Source of the DNA: Eledone cirrhosa
Lineage: Eukaryota
Direction: 5' to 3'
Length of the DNA stretch: 64,000 nt
NCBI GenBank assembly: GCA_964016885.1
Contig: OZ024742.1
Span: 303,552,001 to 303,616,000 of the forward strand
The translations under genes and the position numbers were made by a program. Positions 12,472 through 28,212 of this stretch are shown here, piece after piece. The notes under the pieces were generated by a model. The model did not search any database. It had not been told where the DNA came from and saw only the letters and a list, made by a program, of their open reading frames with translations. The stretch's first letter is position 1, and each line of letters starts with the position of its first letter.

Positions 12472-13135
12472 TATGTATACGTACATACTTATATTTAAGT
12501 TATCAGCCGTACTAAGAGTGAGAAATGAAATTTCATTTTTTCCATTTATATATATATATATATATATAAAAATACATAATCGGAAAAAGCTAAAAGCGAT
12601 ACTGCGGCCAATTTCCAGCTCACTCAACAAACATTAGGAAATACCTGAGTATATTCCTAATTAAACGTTCGGGGTGCTAACTAATTGTATAGTTTGGAAT
12701 ATTGGCTGTATCATTTCAAATGAGATATATCAAATATCTCTGTTCCCAGACGGACGTCTCGTTTGATTATAAGATATATACAAGTTGGGTGAAAATATAC
12801 CAATTTATGTAGAAGCTTGTATAAGATCTACAGATACTTATTCAAGTGGGCTCTTATAATTCTTCAGTGGGTGCCCAATAACATTAATATTGATAACTAA
12901 ATCAACATCAATATTTAGCGATAATCACCACAGTGCTTAACGGAGCTGCTAGGTTGTTAGTCCAGCAGTTCTAAAGAAAATTTCACACTGTCACGAAAAT
13001 ACGTGAAAGGAGATTACTGCCAAAAAACAATAAATGCGCAGGTCAATGAATTCTGAAAAGAATTCAGGCCACGTGCTAGAACTCAATTGGATTTGAAAAA
13101 AAAACCATGCGAGCCCATCTTTTGAAGACACACAC

Positions 13136-13205
<70 letters not shown>

Positions 13206-14929
13206 GTGTGTGTGAGTGTGTGAGTGCGCGTGTGTGTCTGTGTGTGTGCGTGTGTGTGTGCGCGCGCGCGCATGTGTGTGTGTGTGAGTCTGTGTGAGAG
13301 TGTGTGTAAGAGTTGTGTGTGTTTGTGTGTGTGAGTGTGTGAGTGTGTGAGTGTGTGTGTGTGTGTGCGTGTGTGTGTATGTGTGTGTGTGAGTGTGTGA
13401 GTGTGTGTGTTTGTGTGTGTGAGTGTGTGTGTGTTTGTGTGTGTGTGTGTATGTGTATTCCTCAATAATCATATCAATCTAATTTTGCCCAAACCTGCAT
13501 CGATACAGGCGATATTTTAAATCAACGTTATGCCGAAACCAATATAATATTATGGGTGTAACTGGAATACCTCCTTGATTAATACAAATAGTTGTATATG
13601 CACAAATAGATTATGGAATTTTTATTCAATAGATTGTACACCATAAGAATTTAGTCAATATATTAAACATAATAACAAATTAACAAAATAACACATTGTA
13701 AGTCAAAAGTTTATATAATACATATCATGGTTTGCGTTTCTGAAAATACTTCATAGTATATAATTCATATTTTGTTTGGTATATGATTGGTAGGTTGTAC
13801 AAGGTAACATATCTATTGCAAATTATTTCACGCTTGGGTTCCGATTTTGATTTCTGTTGAAAATTGTCACTTCATTTTTCGACAAGTAAGTTCAACGAAC
13901 TTGCGTAATTTACATAACTTTCTCTTCTCTCTACCTTAGTCAATTAAAAACAACATTTTGTCATGTCTACCTACAATGTTTCAAAACGTTCATAAGTAAT
14001 GTTCAAAGAAATAACATGTATCTCTATAGATAAGAAAATAAACAAGAGTACGTTATTTTTCTGGTTAATTAACATTGATCTATAAATATATATCAACAGA
14101 AGGGATTTGCTTTAATAACATTATTTGAAATACGCCATTTACGTTCATAGACCTAATCATTAAATACATTAGTAAATTAGATAATGTTTGAAATATAGCA
14201 TGAGTGATAAAACGAAGTATTGCAGCGATTTTAAAACTTACTTGTTCTGCACTTTAACGATGAAACTTTGACATGATACTATCTCTACTCGTAAACTCTT
14301 AAACTGTATTTACGAGAATATTATCCTTTCAGTGTCTCATTAGTTTTATAATCGTGCTATTGGAACTAACATATCTACAACATCTTCTCTGTTCAAATTG
14401 ATGGAATAGTAACTAACTGCAGTTAATAACTGAAAGTTCGTTATCAACAGATTCCACATTTCTTTGATTAGCAGTTCAATTGATGAGAACTGTGTTAAAG
14501 GTCTGAGCTATTGGTCAATATGGGAAGAAATTGATTCAACAATTTTAATGTCATAGATAAAAAAGCAAATTTTACTATGTTCTAAGCAATGGATTAGAGC
14601 CGACGCTTGGAAAGAGTTTTATATATATGGTGTCAAAATTCCGATAGATAAATATCCCTACATATAACACTGTTCTGTGTTTTAACTACGTCAGAGATAG
14701 TAGAAAATCCGACTCATTCATTATTAGCTTTGTTACCGTTTCACATGCATCTTACCAACACGGTGGTCCTTCAATTTGTATCACAAACTGGCTTTACATG
14801 TACAAACATACCACAATGCTCGACAGTGGATGCGAACAAGTTGTTTGATAACACAGAGAGATGTTGTCAGTACGTTCTGTGCAACTGTTTATCTGTGTGC
14901 ATTTTCTGATGTGTGTATATATATATACA

Positions 14930-15268
14930 AAGGGTAAAGACACCCTTCGGTCACGAATGATCATGGGATTTTTACCTAGAAAGTTCCCTCTGAGGTACAA
15001 GTCCGGGCAAGGTTGTTTGTGGAAGACCAACAGTCGGTCATGCATACCAGTCGCCCCTCTCCTCAGAACCAATATTGTCCAAGGGTAAGGCAAAGGCCGA
15101 TACATCTTGGCACGAGTGACGTCGCAACTCATTTCTATAGTTGAGTGAACTGGAGCAACGTGAAATAAAGTGTCTTGCTCAAGAACATAAAGCAAAACCC
15201 GGCCCGAAAATCGAACTCACAATCTGACGATTGTAGACCCACCGCTCTAACTACTATATACGACGTGG
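14930..15268 (-). mobile_element. tRNA-derived CORE-type SINE
   Basis: Minus strand: A-box-like tagtagttagagcgg, B box gagttcgattttc, CORE-like gttcttgagcaagacacttt, then a 3' tail. Confidence 0.7.
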
Positions 15269-16057
15269 TTCTTAAAGTCTTGACTAACTACAATCCCATT
15301 AGAAATAAAAGTATTATTTTGCTAAGCTGTGTTAGTATATTTCGTTTCATTCTAGTTTGTTTAGCCGTATTAGTCTTATCAATGCAATATATTTGCACAA
15401 TGCAATATATCTGCAATCATCTAGTTAAGATTGTTGAAGCATTTTAATCGCCAGTCAAAGAATATTAAATACAACTATTTATATAACTGAACAAGACTAC
15501 AAGCTGTTAATGATAGATGTGGAGACAATAGTCTCATATTAATATAAATGCACATTTCGTTATCGAAAACACATTGATTGTCTTCAACAATATAAACTTG
15601 AAGAATACAACGTAAATATATTCGAAATGAGGAAATAAAATGGAAATTTCCTCAATGTGGCTTTTTAGTCAGAATCAGATTTCGTAAGCCTCCCAGCATT
15701 CTTAACAAGTCGATATATTTATTTAGACCACATAATGCAAGATATATATAAAAAGAAATAAAGCAAATATTTTCTACAACGTCAGTTGGACAGCGTATCC
15801 AGCTACGCCCCAAATTCAAACATCGAATGTAAATTGTGAATTCATAGTTTCTGTAAGCAATTCTTTATATTGAAGTAGAGTTTTTCACGCATTAGTTTAG
15901 AAGCACTAAGCTATACTTTTATTTAAACTACATAAATGCACCTAAGAATATAATTAACATTTAAGTCTTATTTCAGTCATGTATTTGTATATTATGTTTT
16001 AGTCTTTACATACACACGCACGCACACACGCACCCCCTCCCCACACACAGACACACA

Positions 16058-16091
<34 letters not shown>

Positions 16092-17754
16092 TGTATGTAT
16101 ACATGTGTACAAGTAAGAGGTAACGATGTCAAGTTTGCACCAAATATAATATATATATACGACTTACACACATATACACATTCACCCCAACCCATCTCTC
16201 TCGCTTTCTCCCTCTCACTTTCTCTCTTTCTTTCTCTCTCTCTCTCTATATATATATATACATACATATATAAATATATATATACATGTGTGTGTGTGTG
16301 TTCATGTGTGGGTATACATCGGTTTTCGAATTCTCAAGTCTCTGAAACTACATCAAATGTGTGTATTTATATATTGGCAGGTTTCTGAATCGTTAGCTAA
16401 TGGCCACAATTTCTCTTCTTTCTTTTTCATATATGGAGATTTCTCACACAGTTCTTATTAATGAAGATAACCAAGTGGATTTCTGCTACACGCTTCCTAA
16501 AAAGGTGTCTCCCGGGAATCAACTCTAATAAATAAACACAAGGCGTTACGACACCTTTGGCTGAAAATCGTTCACAGTTTGATAGAAATGTTTTCCCAAG
16601 ACGCTTGTAACTTATGTAATACGCATGAATAATTCTTTTTACGATATTGTTCTACTGTTTTTGCTGTTTCCATTACTTACTAGTCGATTATTCTATCTCT
16701 AATAATGACTTAAGTCACCGAGGGATTTTAAACAAAGAACCGTTGGCTATATTTGCTTTGAGGCATTCTAAATCTACAGAACATTGTCAATAATTTAAGA
16801 AAAATGAACTTTCTATTTTTTCCCCAACTGATTTTATTGAATAATCTTCAAGATTAGATTTAGATTCTACAGACCTTCCAAAATATTATCTTCATTTCAA
16901 TAAGCATCATACTTTTTATTTTGATATGAAACAAACTTTCGAATTGTGGGTTTTCGTGTGTTTATAGAGGAGGGTCTTACATTTGCATAACTTCGGATGT
17001 TGGAATCGCTTCAGGTGATTTGTGTTGTGAATTCATGAAAGATTGAATTTCGGAAAGAAATAATTTGTATGTTGATTAGTATCGAATTGATGTGATGTGT
17101 TCTGTTAGAGATTCGGTTTCGTAGGTAGACAGTAATTTGTAATGAGGTATGAATAGGCTCTATTAATATTTGAGACAAATATTCTGAGGAGTAGAAATAG
17201 AGGATATGAGTTCTGACAAGATAAAAAGAAAGGAAGTGGAAACAGAAAGAGAAATGAAAAGAGAAAGAATAAGAGAAAGACAGAATAAAGTAAGTACGTA
17301 AGAAAACAGCTGATTACTAATACATAAATCATTACAAACTGATGCGAGATACAGTTATTGCATTTTATTATAATGTATTTATTCATTTGATGATCTTGTC
17401 ATTTAAAGGAGGCAAACGCGCCTAACACTTTCTCTTTTCAAGGCCTGTGACGCGGGTCAGCGAAAGAGAAGGAATCAAATCGATTTGGCCCGAATGCTTG
17501 TTAGAAAGGCACACAGATCTGACGGATGAAGTCTACCACCAGATAATTTTAATGCATATAATTACAACGTCAATAATATATATATATATATAATTTTGGT
17601 ATCAAGAGAATATGTTACAAACGCTTCTGAAGTAGAGAAAGTAGTTATATTTTTCCTAAATATATGATAAAAGATATTCACCATGGCTGAAGATAGTGAT
17701 GCAGATGTTGATAAGCGTGCTTAATCTAAATAACGAAAACAATTCATACATATG

Positions 17755-17820
<66 letters not shown>

Positions 17821-18016
17821 TACATGCCAACATATGAGCAAGAATGAGGGGCTCATTCTACTGACATGACTTTAAAAATGAGGCTTGTTTGCATAATTGC
17901 AAACGAATCGAATATTATTACTAATATTCGAAAAACTTAGATTACATTTATTGTATTCAGCCATGTAGATCGAAAATTATATATATATATATATATACAC
18001 ACATAATACATACATG

Positions 18017-18049
<33 letters not shown>

Positions 18050-18060
18050 ACACACACACA

Positions 18061-18126
<66 letters not shown>

Positions 18127-18131
18127 CACAT

Positions 18132-18167
<36 letters not shown>

Positions 18168-18171
<4 letters not shown>

Positions 18172-18838
18172 CATAAAACATGTCCATAGAATCACAAGAT
18201 AAAATATATACTATTTCCTCTCCCAATTAGCATAATTAACTATATAAAAAATCGAATAGACCAGGCTATACGAATGATAAAATATATATTTATCGAATAT
18301 TTCGACAGCGTAATCGCCTAGATACAGTCAATAAGCAGAATTAGGTTTAAAATAAACTAGGAGAAAAATAGAATACACTTAAATACCTCTACCATGGTTT
18401 CGTCCGTGTTTTGAGTTATCCAATAATTATGTAATAATTATATAAACTCGAGCGCCGGATTCTTCAGGAAGCTCGCTCATATCTAGACATTAAATTTTCC
18501 AAAACGATCGCGCCAAGAATTCATTTCAAAATGGCTAAAAATCGTTATTTTAAACCTAATTCTGCTTAGTTGACTGTATCTAGGCGATTACGCTGTCGAA
18601 ATATTCGATAAATATTCCAAGTGCTAGTTTTGGTTATTTGTTGGAGATTCCTTCATAGAAGCCTCATTCGTATAGCCTGGTCTATTCGATTTTTTATATA
18701 GTTAATTATGCTAATTGGGAGAGGAAATAGTATATATTTTATTTTGTGATTCTATAGACATGTTTTATGATATATAGCTCTGATTGTTTAATTTATTAAT
18801 TTTTCATTGAGCCCAAAAGTGACCAGTTGCAAAACACG
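18168..18838. mobile_element. Fold-back Penelope pLTR-like element with an HHR in the loop; same family as 39878-40493
   Basis: Arms 18168-18355 and 18545-18775 (about 50 bp extra in the right arm); tail ttcattgagc..aaaagtga.cagttgcaa shared with 40460-40493. Confidence 0.8.
18385..18472 (-). ncRNA. Type I hammerhead ribozyme, intact core, long stem II
   Basis: Minus: gcttc-CTGAAGA-a tccg...cgga c-GAAA-ccatgg-TA-gaggt; palindromic stem III. Confidence 0.8.
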
Positions 18839-19070
18839 TATATGTATGTGTATGTATATATATATGTAAACTTTTATATATATATATATATATAGCATAT
18901 CATGTAGGACTCGAGGAAGTGGTGGGATAAATTGCCTCCTCATATGCATTCGATGCGCTTATGTGAGTATGTGCAAGAGATGTCAACATGAAAGGACCTG
19001 TTATTTTTATCTAAAGACATTTTTTCCAATTCCACCCCACCCGTCAACGTCAATCTATCTTATTTCCCAT

Positions 19071-19108
19071 TCTTTTTTGGTGAAGGACTAGCGTCCGAAA
19101 CGTTAAGA
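19071..19108 (+). ncRNA. Degenerate minimal hammerhead
   Basis: tctttt-TTGGTGA-a ggac tagc gtcc-GAAA-cg-TT-aaga; two core changes. Confidence 0.45.
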
Positions 19109-19218
19109 CCCTCTTCCTGCAATGTCAAGCGTTAACCTAATATATTCCTTCCATTACACCGATGGTGTTGTTATTTCTGTTTACCTTTTACACACACACA
19201 CGCCCCCCCCCCCACACA

Positions 19219-19270
<52 letters not shown>

Positions 19271-19333
19271 AAACCAAAGAAAAAGAAAGAAACGAGATGT
19301 CCTATACGGGAGAATGTATAAGGAAAAGAAGTG

Positions 19334-19565
19334 GAAAATGCAACTGGAGTCTTTTTAAGAATATTTATTTATATCCTTTACCGGTTTCACAGTTCTTGTG
19401 CTTTTCAAAAGTTGAATTGAGATGGAGGGTTTGTGGTTTGTATCGCATCTCAAGAGACAAACCACAAACCCTCTATCTCAATTTTACTTTGGAAAAGCAT
19501 AAGAACTGTGAAACCGGTAAATGAACTAAATGAATATTCGTAAAAGGTTCCCAGTTGCATTTTCG
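19334..19565. repeat. Fold-back inverted repeat carrying an HHR 3' half (GAAA-ccgg-TA); related to 41467-41860
   Basis: Inner arms 19377-19441 and 19457-19521, outer arms aaaatgcaactgg/ccagttgcatttt; shares ctctatctcaa..t.....gaaaagcat..gaa.tg.g.aaccggta with 41685-41735. Confidence 0.8.
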
Positions 19566-19605
19566 ACTTCTGTTCCTTATATATATGTATATATATATAT
19601 ATAAG

Positions 19606-19717
<112 letters not shown>

Positions 19718-20069
19718 TGTGTGTGTATGTGTGTGTGTGTGTGTGTGTGTGATATAATACATATTAACAACTATACTGTAACTAGGATATTTAAATATTA
19801 CTTTAAAAATTAAGTAAATAGCTTCAACTCAGGGCGTATGTTTCCAACTATTGATCCCACTGTTCTGAATTAATAGGAAATATGCAAATAAATCTAGAGA
19901 AACACGCATTTAATCGGTCTATCTATCCATTCACTAGTATCTGCAATTGAGATACTAATTTGCGAGCGCTAATTATATGCAATTTGGTTCTTCTATTTCG
20001 GAATACTAAAATGAGAGAACGGGTATATAGACTCATCAAATATCAGCTTCCTTGTTGTTCAATTAATAT

Positions 20070-20120
20070 ACACATCTCCTGATGAAAATCCAACTAGGTC
20101 TGAAAATCGATTAAATGTGT
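20070..20120 (+). ncRNA. Degenerate hammerhead
   Basis: acacatctc-CTGATGA-...-GAAA-atcgat-TA-aatgtgt; core and palindromic stem III present, stems I and II imperfect. Confidence 0.45.
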
Positions 20121-20668
20121 TTGTTATTTTATTTATTTACAGAGTATTTCATGTTTCTGGTACGTTTACAAGTCTCTATATTAAACTTGTATTTATTTAT
20201 ACATATGATCAGGTGATTGGTGAGGCCGAAGTACTTACTTTTCTTGCAACAACTTATGACTGCTTCAATTTGTTTGTGTGCCTCTATGTGTATGCACATT
20301 ACATGTACACAGGTGTCTTGTGCTAACGTGTGTGTGCGTGAATATATATATAAATATGTAAAACAAAATCTACCGAAATAGTTACCCACTATCACTCCCT
20401 GAGTTTGTCAGTTTACGGTTTAATGCACATCAAATCTAAATACCTTCACATCATTCCACAAGCACACACACACACACGCACACACATATATATATATATA
20501 TATACACACACACAAATAAGCCCACGTATTCAAACTCATGCACGCTCACTCGCACACAAAAACTCTTTTATATCTAAGATACATTCTAACCTATACTGCA
20601 AGAAAAGGAATGGCTAGATCCTCATGTTCTTTCCCCTTCATCTATTGTACATTTCTCTTCTTGCATTT

Positions 20669-20708
20669 AATCTTCTGATGAGGAACTAATATCGGAAACG
20701 TAGTGATT
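20669..20708 (+). ncRNA. Degenerate minimal hammerhead
   Basis: aatctt-CTGATGA-ggaactaatatcg-GAAA-cg-TA-gtgatt, followed closely by (TA)n. Confidence 0.55.
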
Positions 20709-20734
20709 CATTTCCTAGTATATCAAGAGTTAAA

Positions 20735-20810
<76 letters not shown>

Positions 20811-20900
20811 GTGTCGTTGCCCGCTGTTGTGTTTTCGTTTAAATTTCGAATACACATACACACACACGCAGACACACACGCAGACACACACACACACGCA

Positions 20901-21054
<154 letters not shown>

Positions 21055-21247
21055 TATCCCTGTAATATTGACGAGCATGAGAAACAGAACATAATACCGA
21101 AGTAGCGCTTAAATATTCATTTACTGTCACTAAATCTTGCGGTAAGTTACACTGGAGTTTCATCTGTACTCTCCCATGATGATCAGACGGTCCGGCGAGT
21201 GAACAGTAAAGTCCAGTGTAACAACGCTTATTCATTAGCCACAATAA

Positions 21248-21302
<55 letters not shown>

Positions 21303-21312
21303 TACCATAAAT

Positions 21313-21371
<59 letters not shown>

Positions 21372-22009
21372 GATAAATCTACCAAGAGTTTACGGTAGTG
21401 TCCAATCCGTATGAAGAACTCAATGTAATCCGGATATCATGGAAAGAAGAGATGCAATGAAAAATCACTTTCGGTGAAAGATAAACGGAAAACAGAGTCA
21501 AGGTAGGAGGTGAGTTTTATTGTAGTACAATAAAGCAATGCAGATATCGGATAAGAAGCACTCTACAGTTTGTGGGACTGGAGTATGCATAATATAAGAT
21601 CAATTATACAATCTATAATACTCGTTTACTCATTACCCTCATTCTATCTTCTCGTAAAATAATAACATTTGTTTTTGACATTTTGAATATTCATCCGCAA
21701 TCATTATTATTTTTTCTCTCTATCATAAATCTTTTTAATCTCAATTTCATCCTCAATTTATTATTATTTTTTTCTCCCCATCAACGAACTCATTATTAAT
21801 ACATATTAACTCTTTATTCGTACATATTATCAATTCAATATACAAACTTTAACTTCACATTATTTTTCTCAAATCCTTCTACACACAAACCTTAACAATT
21901 TTTCTCTTCGCTAATTTTGAAATTGCCACAATACATACATTTCTTCTTTTGACGTTAGAATATTCACCCACAATTATTATTTTTTTCTCTCTATCTTCAT
22001 ACATAATTT

Positions 22010-22418
22010 CCCTTCGTTAATTTTCAAATTCCTTTAATTTATACATTATCTTCCAACGGTTCCCAACCTCTCTATATTAAAACAATATATCTTTTTCTCA
22101 GTTATAAAAACTATCTCTTTCTCTCTATCACCCATCTCTCCCTCTCCACCTTCACTCTCATCTCCTTCCCCCTTTTTTTCATCCTTCCCCCCCCCCCTCC
22201 CTAAATAAAATATTTTTTCCTCGCACATATCCTCCCTTCGTTAATTTTCAAAATTTTTAATTTATACAGTATCTTCCAACGGTTTTCAACCCCTCTATGT
22301 AAAAAATATATCTCCTCTCAGTTATAAAAACTATCTCTTTCTCTCTATCACCCATCTCTCCCTCTCATCTCCTTCCCTTTTCATCCTCCCCCCCCCCTCT
22401 CTAAATAAAATATTTTTC
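22010..22418 (+). repeat. Pyrimidine-rich imperfect direct repeat, ~225-bp period
   Basis: cccttcgttaattttcaaa...ctaaataaaatatttt at ~22010-22220 and ~22235-22418. Confidence 0.85.
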
Positions 22419-22514
22419 CCAATATCACACATCAATCTAAAACCACTTTTCATATGTTGATTTAAAACTGCACTATCAACAAGTGTTTTTTAGCCTTCAT
22501 ATCATGTTCTCCTG

Positions 22515-22581
22515 TTTTATCTGATGAAAACACAAATATTATTGCTTGATGATGTTTGTTTTTGAAATGCGCATAATAAAA
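22515..22581 (+). ncRNA. Type I hammerhead ribozyme, intact core
   Basis: ttttat-CTGATGA-aaacacaaatattat/atgatgtttgttttt-GAAA-tgcgca-TA-ataaaa; perfect stem I, palindromic stem III. Confidence 0.88.
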
Positions 22582-22613
22582 TATATGGAACTCCTTTAAC
22601 CATCTTTTGATCT

Positions 22614-22681
<68 letters not shown>

Positions 22682-22686
22682 AAAAT

Positions 22687-23040
22687 ATAACAAGGACGAT
22701 TTGTTACTCCTTCATTACATTTATTGGTTGGTGAAGTTCGTTCCAAATCGATCTTACCCGACTCTGTAATCCGCGGCTCGTTGGACCCCTTGTAATGTTA
22801 GTAGGGGTACGACGAGCCGCGGATTACAGAGTCGGGTAAGATCGATACATATCGAACCTTGAGCTGACCAGTGGCGAAACGCACGTCACCAACTAATAAA
22901 TGTAATGAACGAGTAACCAATCGTCCTTGTTATCTTTACACTATAATACAGTCGGTATAGCTCTACACCTCGATACTAAAGTGAACTTAAACACCGATGT
23001 GCTCACTCGGGTGAACCTACAGTAACTCCAAGTTACACTC
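22687..23040. mobile_element. Fold-back pLTR-like element between (TA)n tracts
   Basis: Outer arms 22687-22730 and 22886-22933; perfect 35-bp inner arms 22747-22781 and 22812-22846. Confidence 0.8.
22806..22890 (+). ncRNA. Hammerhead variant (ACGACGA core; CCAACGA in the inverted arm)
   Basis: ggt-ACGACGA-gccgc...gtggc-GAAA-cgcacg-TC-acc. Confidence 0.55.
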
Positions 23041-23043
23041 CCT

Positions 23044-23327
<284 letters not shown>

Positions 23328-23731
23328 ATATATATATATAACATTATCTCACAATATATACTGTTGAATCTCCCTGCAAATTGCGTTAACGGTACAGGTA
23401 TTTGCCAAACACTCAGTCTCTTACACATTAATGTAAAGAGCATTCTGTTCCATTGATCGAGCAATTAGAACAATCATCGTCGAAACTGTAGGAAGACCAT
23501 CTCCATACTCACTTCGTCGATAAAGCAAAATATATACAAGACATTAAGTTAATTCAATCAAAAGATCGGTGTTGTTTAAGATGAACGGAATCGATAAGAT
23601 TCGGTTAAATAGCAGCTAATTAAGGAGTCGTCTAAAAACATCTACATCAATATATGCATGTACATATGATTAAATACATACAGTTAATGCATGCATACAC
23701 ATACATACGCATAAACCGCACACACACACAA

Positions 23732-23850
<119 letters not shown>

Positions 23851-24080
23851 TATTTATAGATGTTATATATACAGAAATATATGTATATACATGTATGTAT
23901 ATGCACACACACATAAATACATACACGCAAATATATATGTATATCTATATATATATGTGTGTGTGTCTGTATGGAGAGAGAGACAGAGTGAGAGAGTGAG
24001 AGAGTGAGAGAGGGGGAGAGTAGTGAGAGACAGAGGGAGAAAGGGAGAGTAAAATGTATATATAAATAAATATATATACA

Positions 24081-24123
<43 letters not shown>

Positions 24124-24233
24124 TATATATATATTGATAAGTTATTCCGGGTTCAATCGGGGGTTACCACAGTAAGTAAGGTATTCAATACATAGCACAG
24201 ACTATAAATGTTTTAATATATATATATATATAC

Positions 24234-24600
<367 letters not shown>

Positions 24601-25320
24601 AAAAGATATAGACAAATGAAATAGAAATTGAAATATATAAAAATCTAAGAAGAAATATAGTTAGGTGTGTATATATGTATGTATATACGCTCACAGATGT
24701 GCATATATGTATATGCACACATGTATACGTATAGTGAGAAAGTGTGCGTAATTCTAAAATTTAGGGCAAATGTATCTATATGTCTGTAATCTACAGACAG
24801 AATAGTTACATCATAAATATATGATTATGAAGGCGCGCGCATAAAACGCCTGCACACTCGTACACTTAGATGCGGAAAGAAAGGAGGTAAGGGAGTGTAA
24901 TAATTAAAAGAAAAGTATCAGTCTCGATATATTTATAAAAATATAATAACGATAAATTAGAAAGAAAAAATATTTTTAGAAAGAAAAAATTAAAGAAAAG
25001 AAGACAAAAAAAGGGTACATACATACACAGACACGCATGTCTCACAAAAGAAATGTAAAAATATATATGCTTATATACACACGCGCACTTACACATCCAT
25101 ACGTTCGATACGTACATACACACACACACACATACATACTTATACTCACGCATATAAACCTGTTTGCATGCACACGCATAAAACTGAGTAAGTAAAAAAA
25201 GGAAAGGGGGGGGGGGAGAAGAAAAAAGGAACAAAACATAAAACCGAGATATCAAAAACACGGATATAAAGACACGTACACATACGCATAATATATACAT
25301 ACACACACACACACACACAT

Positions 25321-25375
<55 letters not shown>

Positions 25376-28212
25376 TACATACACGCACGCGCGCGCACAT
25401 ACGTAGTCACTCATGTACATATATAAAAGTATACACACATTAAGGCGTTCAGCCATATTGATACGGGGTGTAAAAAACTTGTGGATAAATAAGTACAAAT
25501 ATAAAATTGTAAGATAGGCTGCGCAAAAATAAAATAAAAATAAAAATAAAAATGAAAATGAAAATGAAAAATATATCTGGATTGAAAAACACAAAAGACA
25601 AGTGTAATCAGTTAGTGGAGGAAAAAGGGAAGTAAAAGAAGGGGAAGTAAAAAATGGAAAGTGAATCGGAGAATAAGGGGGGGGGGGGTGAAGTAAAAAT
25701 AAAAGTAAAAATAAATGAAATTATTGACAACGATAAAAATGAAAGTAAGTCAGAAAGGGTAATTAAAATATATATACATATTATTTGGGGATTTCTTTTG
25801 CAAGATCCTTGATGTGAAATCGTCTGTTGAAACATATACTTCGGACTGGTTATGCCGAGATTCACTTCTGGTTAATTATTATTGATAGACCAGTTATAGT
25901 AAATAAAACTAAATGAAAACGAAAAGCATATAGAGAGGACCAACGATAATCAACGAGGATGTCACAGAACGCATAACAAATGAGCTTCGATAATCAAATA
26001 TGACAATTACATAACCCTACGTTTACTAATCTAACTAAGGAATATATTAGATTCTTAACTATTAATGAAACCTGTCGCAGTTATTGACAGCATAACTCCC
26101 ACATATATTTCTATATGTATATATATGTTATATTTACATTATTATATTGGAAGATATCGCAGGTGAGGGCGAGAAATCAATTGCCGTGCTTTTGAATATG
26201 AATATCTTCAGAGTTTAGCTTGGTTATCTGCGAATGTATCTAATTGTAGTAACGGATGCATGCCACAACATATGTGTAAATGCATTTCTTCATCTATATA
26301 TATATTTCCCTCATTGTGTATCTCTATATTACCTTAATGTTGTCCATTTCCTCATTCAATAACTTCAGATAACCCTGTAAAATTGTGTTATTGAATTAGG
26401 CTCTGTTGCAGAAATTCCGATCAGGACACAGATCTGGAGATAACTTGATTACCCTACCTGCAGCCCGGAGTACCAACGGCTCCCCGTCCACAACTAGACT
26501 GTTCGCCTCTCCAACAAAAATATAATGAAGGCTATCCATCCACCCATGACCAAGAAAGCCAAAACAATACAATATATATAATTCCTGCTTTTTGTCTTTG
26601 TTGAAATTGTTTATTTCTATGCCGCATTAGAATTCTTAATATTACACTTTTTCAGATTATGAAAACTTTTTCTGCGTCGATTACTGAGGAAATCATGCGA
26701 CATCGACCCGAGAGAACACACCCATTATGTATCTCAATAGATAATTAACATCAAACGATTGCAGAGAGTGTCACCGGCTATTCATATTGTGTCCTAGTTA
26801 TTATTAGTCAGCAACATAAATTTCTGCTTTGCTATTTGTGTGGATTTCTATATTCAATCATCAAACTGACAGAATGATGAAAATAATACACATAAACAAA
26901 ATCAATTGGCATTACTCAAATTAGTTGACCAGTTATTCTTGGTTGGTCCTGTTAGAAAAGAACTGCCACGCCCTCGCGAATCTCTGTTTATGTGATTTGA
27001 AGTTGTTTTAGCTTTTAATATACTTGTGTTACACAAGTGCTCATTAGCTGCCAACAACTATCTCTCACCATGCATTCATGTTAACGAACTGGACTAATTC
27101 ACCATAAAGCTGCAAATCCTGACACCCATTGATGCCAATAATGCTGGCATTCTCTTAATACTGGCATTCTCTAAAGCAAACGTTTAATATCGTTGCTACT
27201 TATTCTAGAATACGCTTACGGAAATTTATTGATTTTTCCAACTTATTATCAGATCTCAAGTTGGTATAATAAGCTATATGAGCATTATATTTTGTTTCTC
27301 TAGTTTTCAATTCGATTTGTTCATTTCATTTTCACTTTTAACGGATTGATCGAGTATTGATTGAATGGAAGTTTATCAACGCACTAAACTACAGAAATAA
27401 AAAGTAAACATTAAGCATTTATATAAAATTTCGTCTGGATACTGTAGACGAACGACTAATAAATCAGCCAATTATTTCTAATTTCCCCTTATATACTACA
27501 TCATGTTCTAAGTAATACCAAAATATAGAATTAGTTTTTTCTAATAATCTCTATCTTATAAAGGATACTGTCGTGTTTTGTTTTTATTTTAAAGTTTAAA
27601 ATAAAATTGTAAATAGAAAATAAAAATAAGAATCCATAAATAATGATTCGCTACGTGATTAAACTTGTCAACGTTTCTTTCAATTATTACTTGTTTTTTT
27701 TTTATAGCTAATTATTTTGAAAGTACTACAATCTTATTCTGATATAGAACGAAAAAAAAAAATTGATAACTCTAAAGCAACCGTCTCCAGTATTCTTCTG
27801 TTATAAATTAAATGGTGTGTAAATTTCTCCAACGAAATGATACTTGGGTAGGAATTACATGAATTTATGCGAATAACGTATTTCAAATAATTAAATAAAA
27901 GAACGAAATTTAATCTCATGCTTATGGATGATATTGAAAAAATGCATGTTAAATAACAGAAGTATAATTGTTTCTTATAAAATAACAGAAGTATAATAAA
28001 ATGAGTTATGAGCTAAGTCCATGGTCCCGTGAATGGTCACGTAACTGCTAAACGAGTCGTACAGGCACTATATTGACATGCGTTTCTAGGGTATTTTTAA
28101 ACGTGGCGGAGCCCGAAGTCGATCCCTCTCCAGATCTGAATGCAGCAAAGTTCTTCCAGAGAAGAATAGATAGCGAAAGAGAGGAAGTAAGGAAGAGATA
28201 TAGAGGAAGAAT

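Noticed and set aside
21146-21222. Imperfect inverted repeat gttacactgga/tccagtgtaac with CTGATCA/GAAA on minus
   Set aside because: No consistent three-stem hammerhead fold; at most a decayed fold-back
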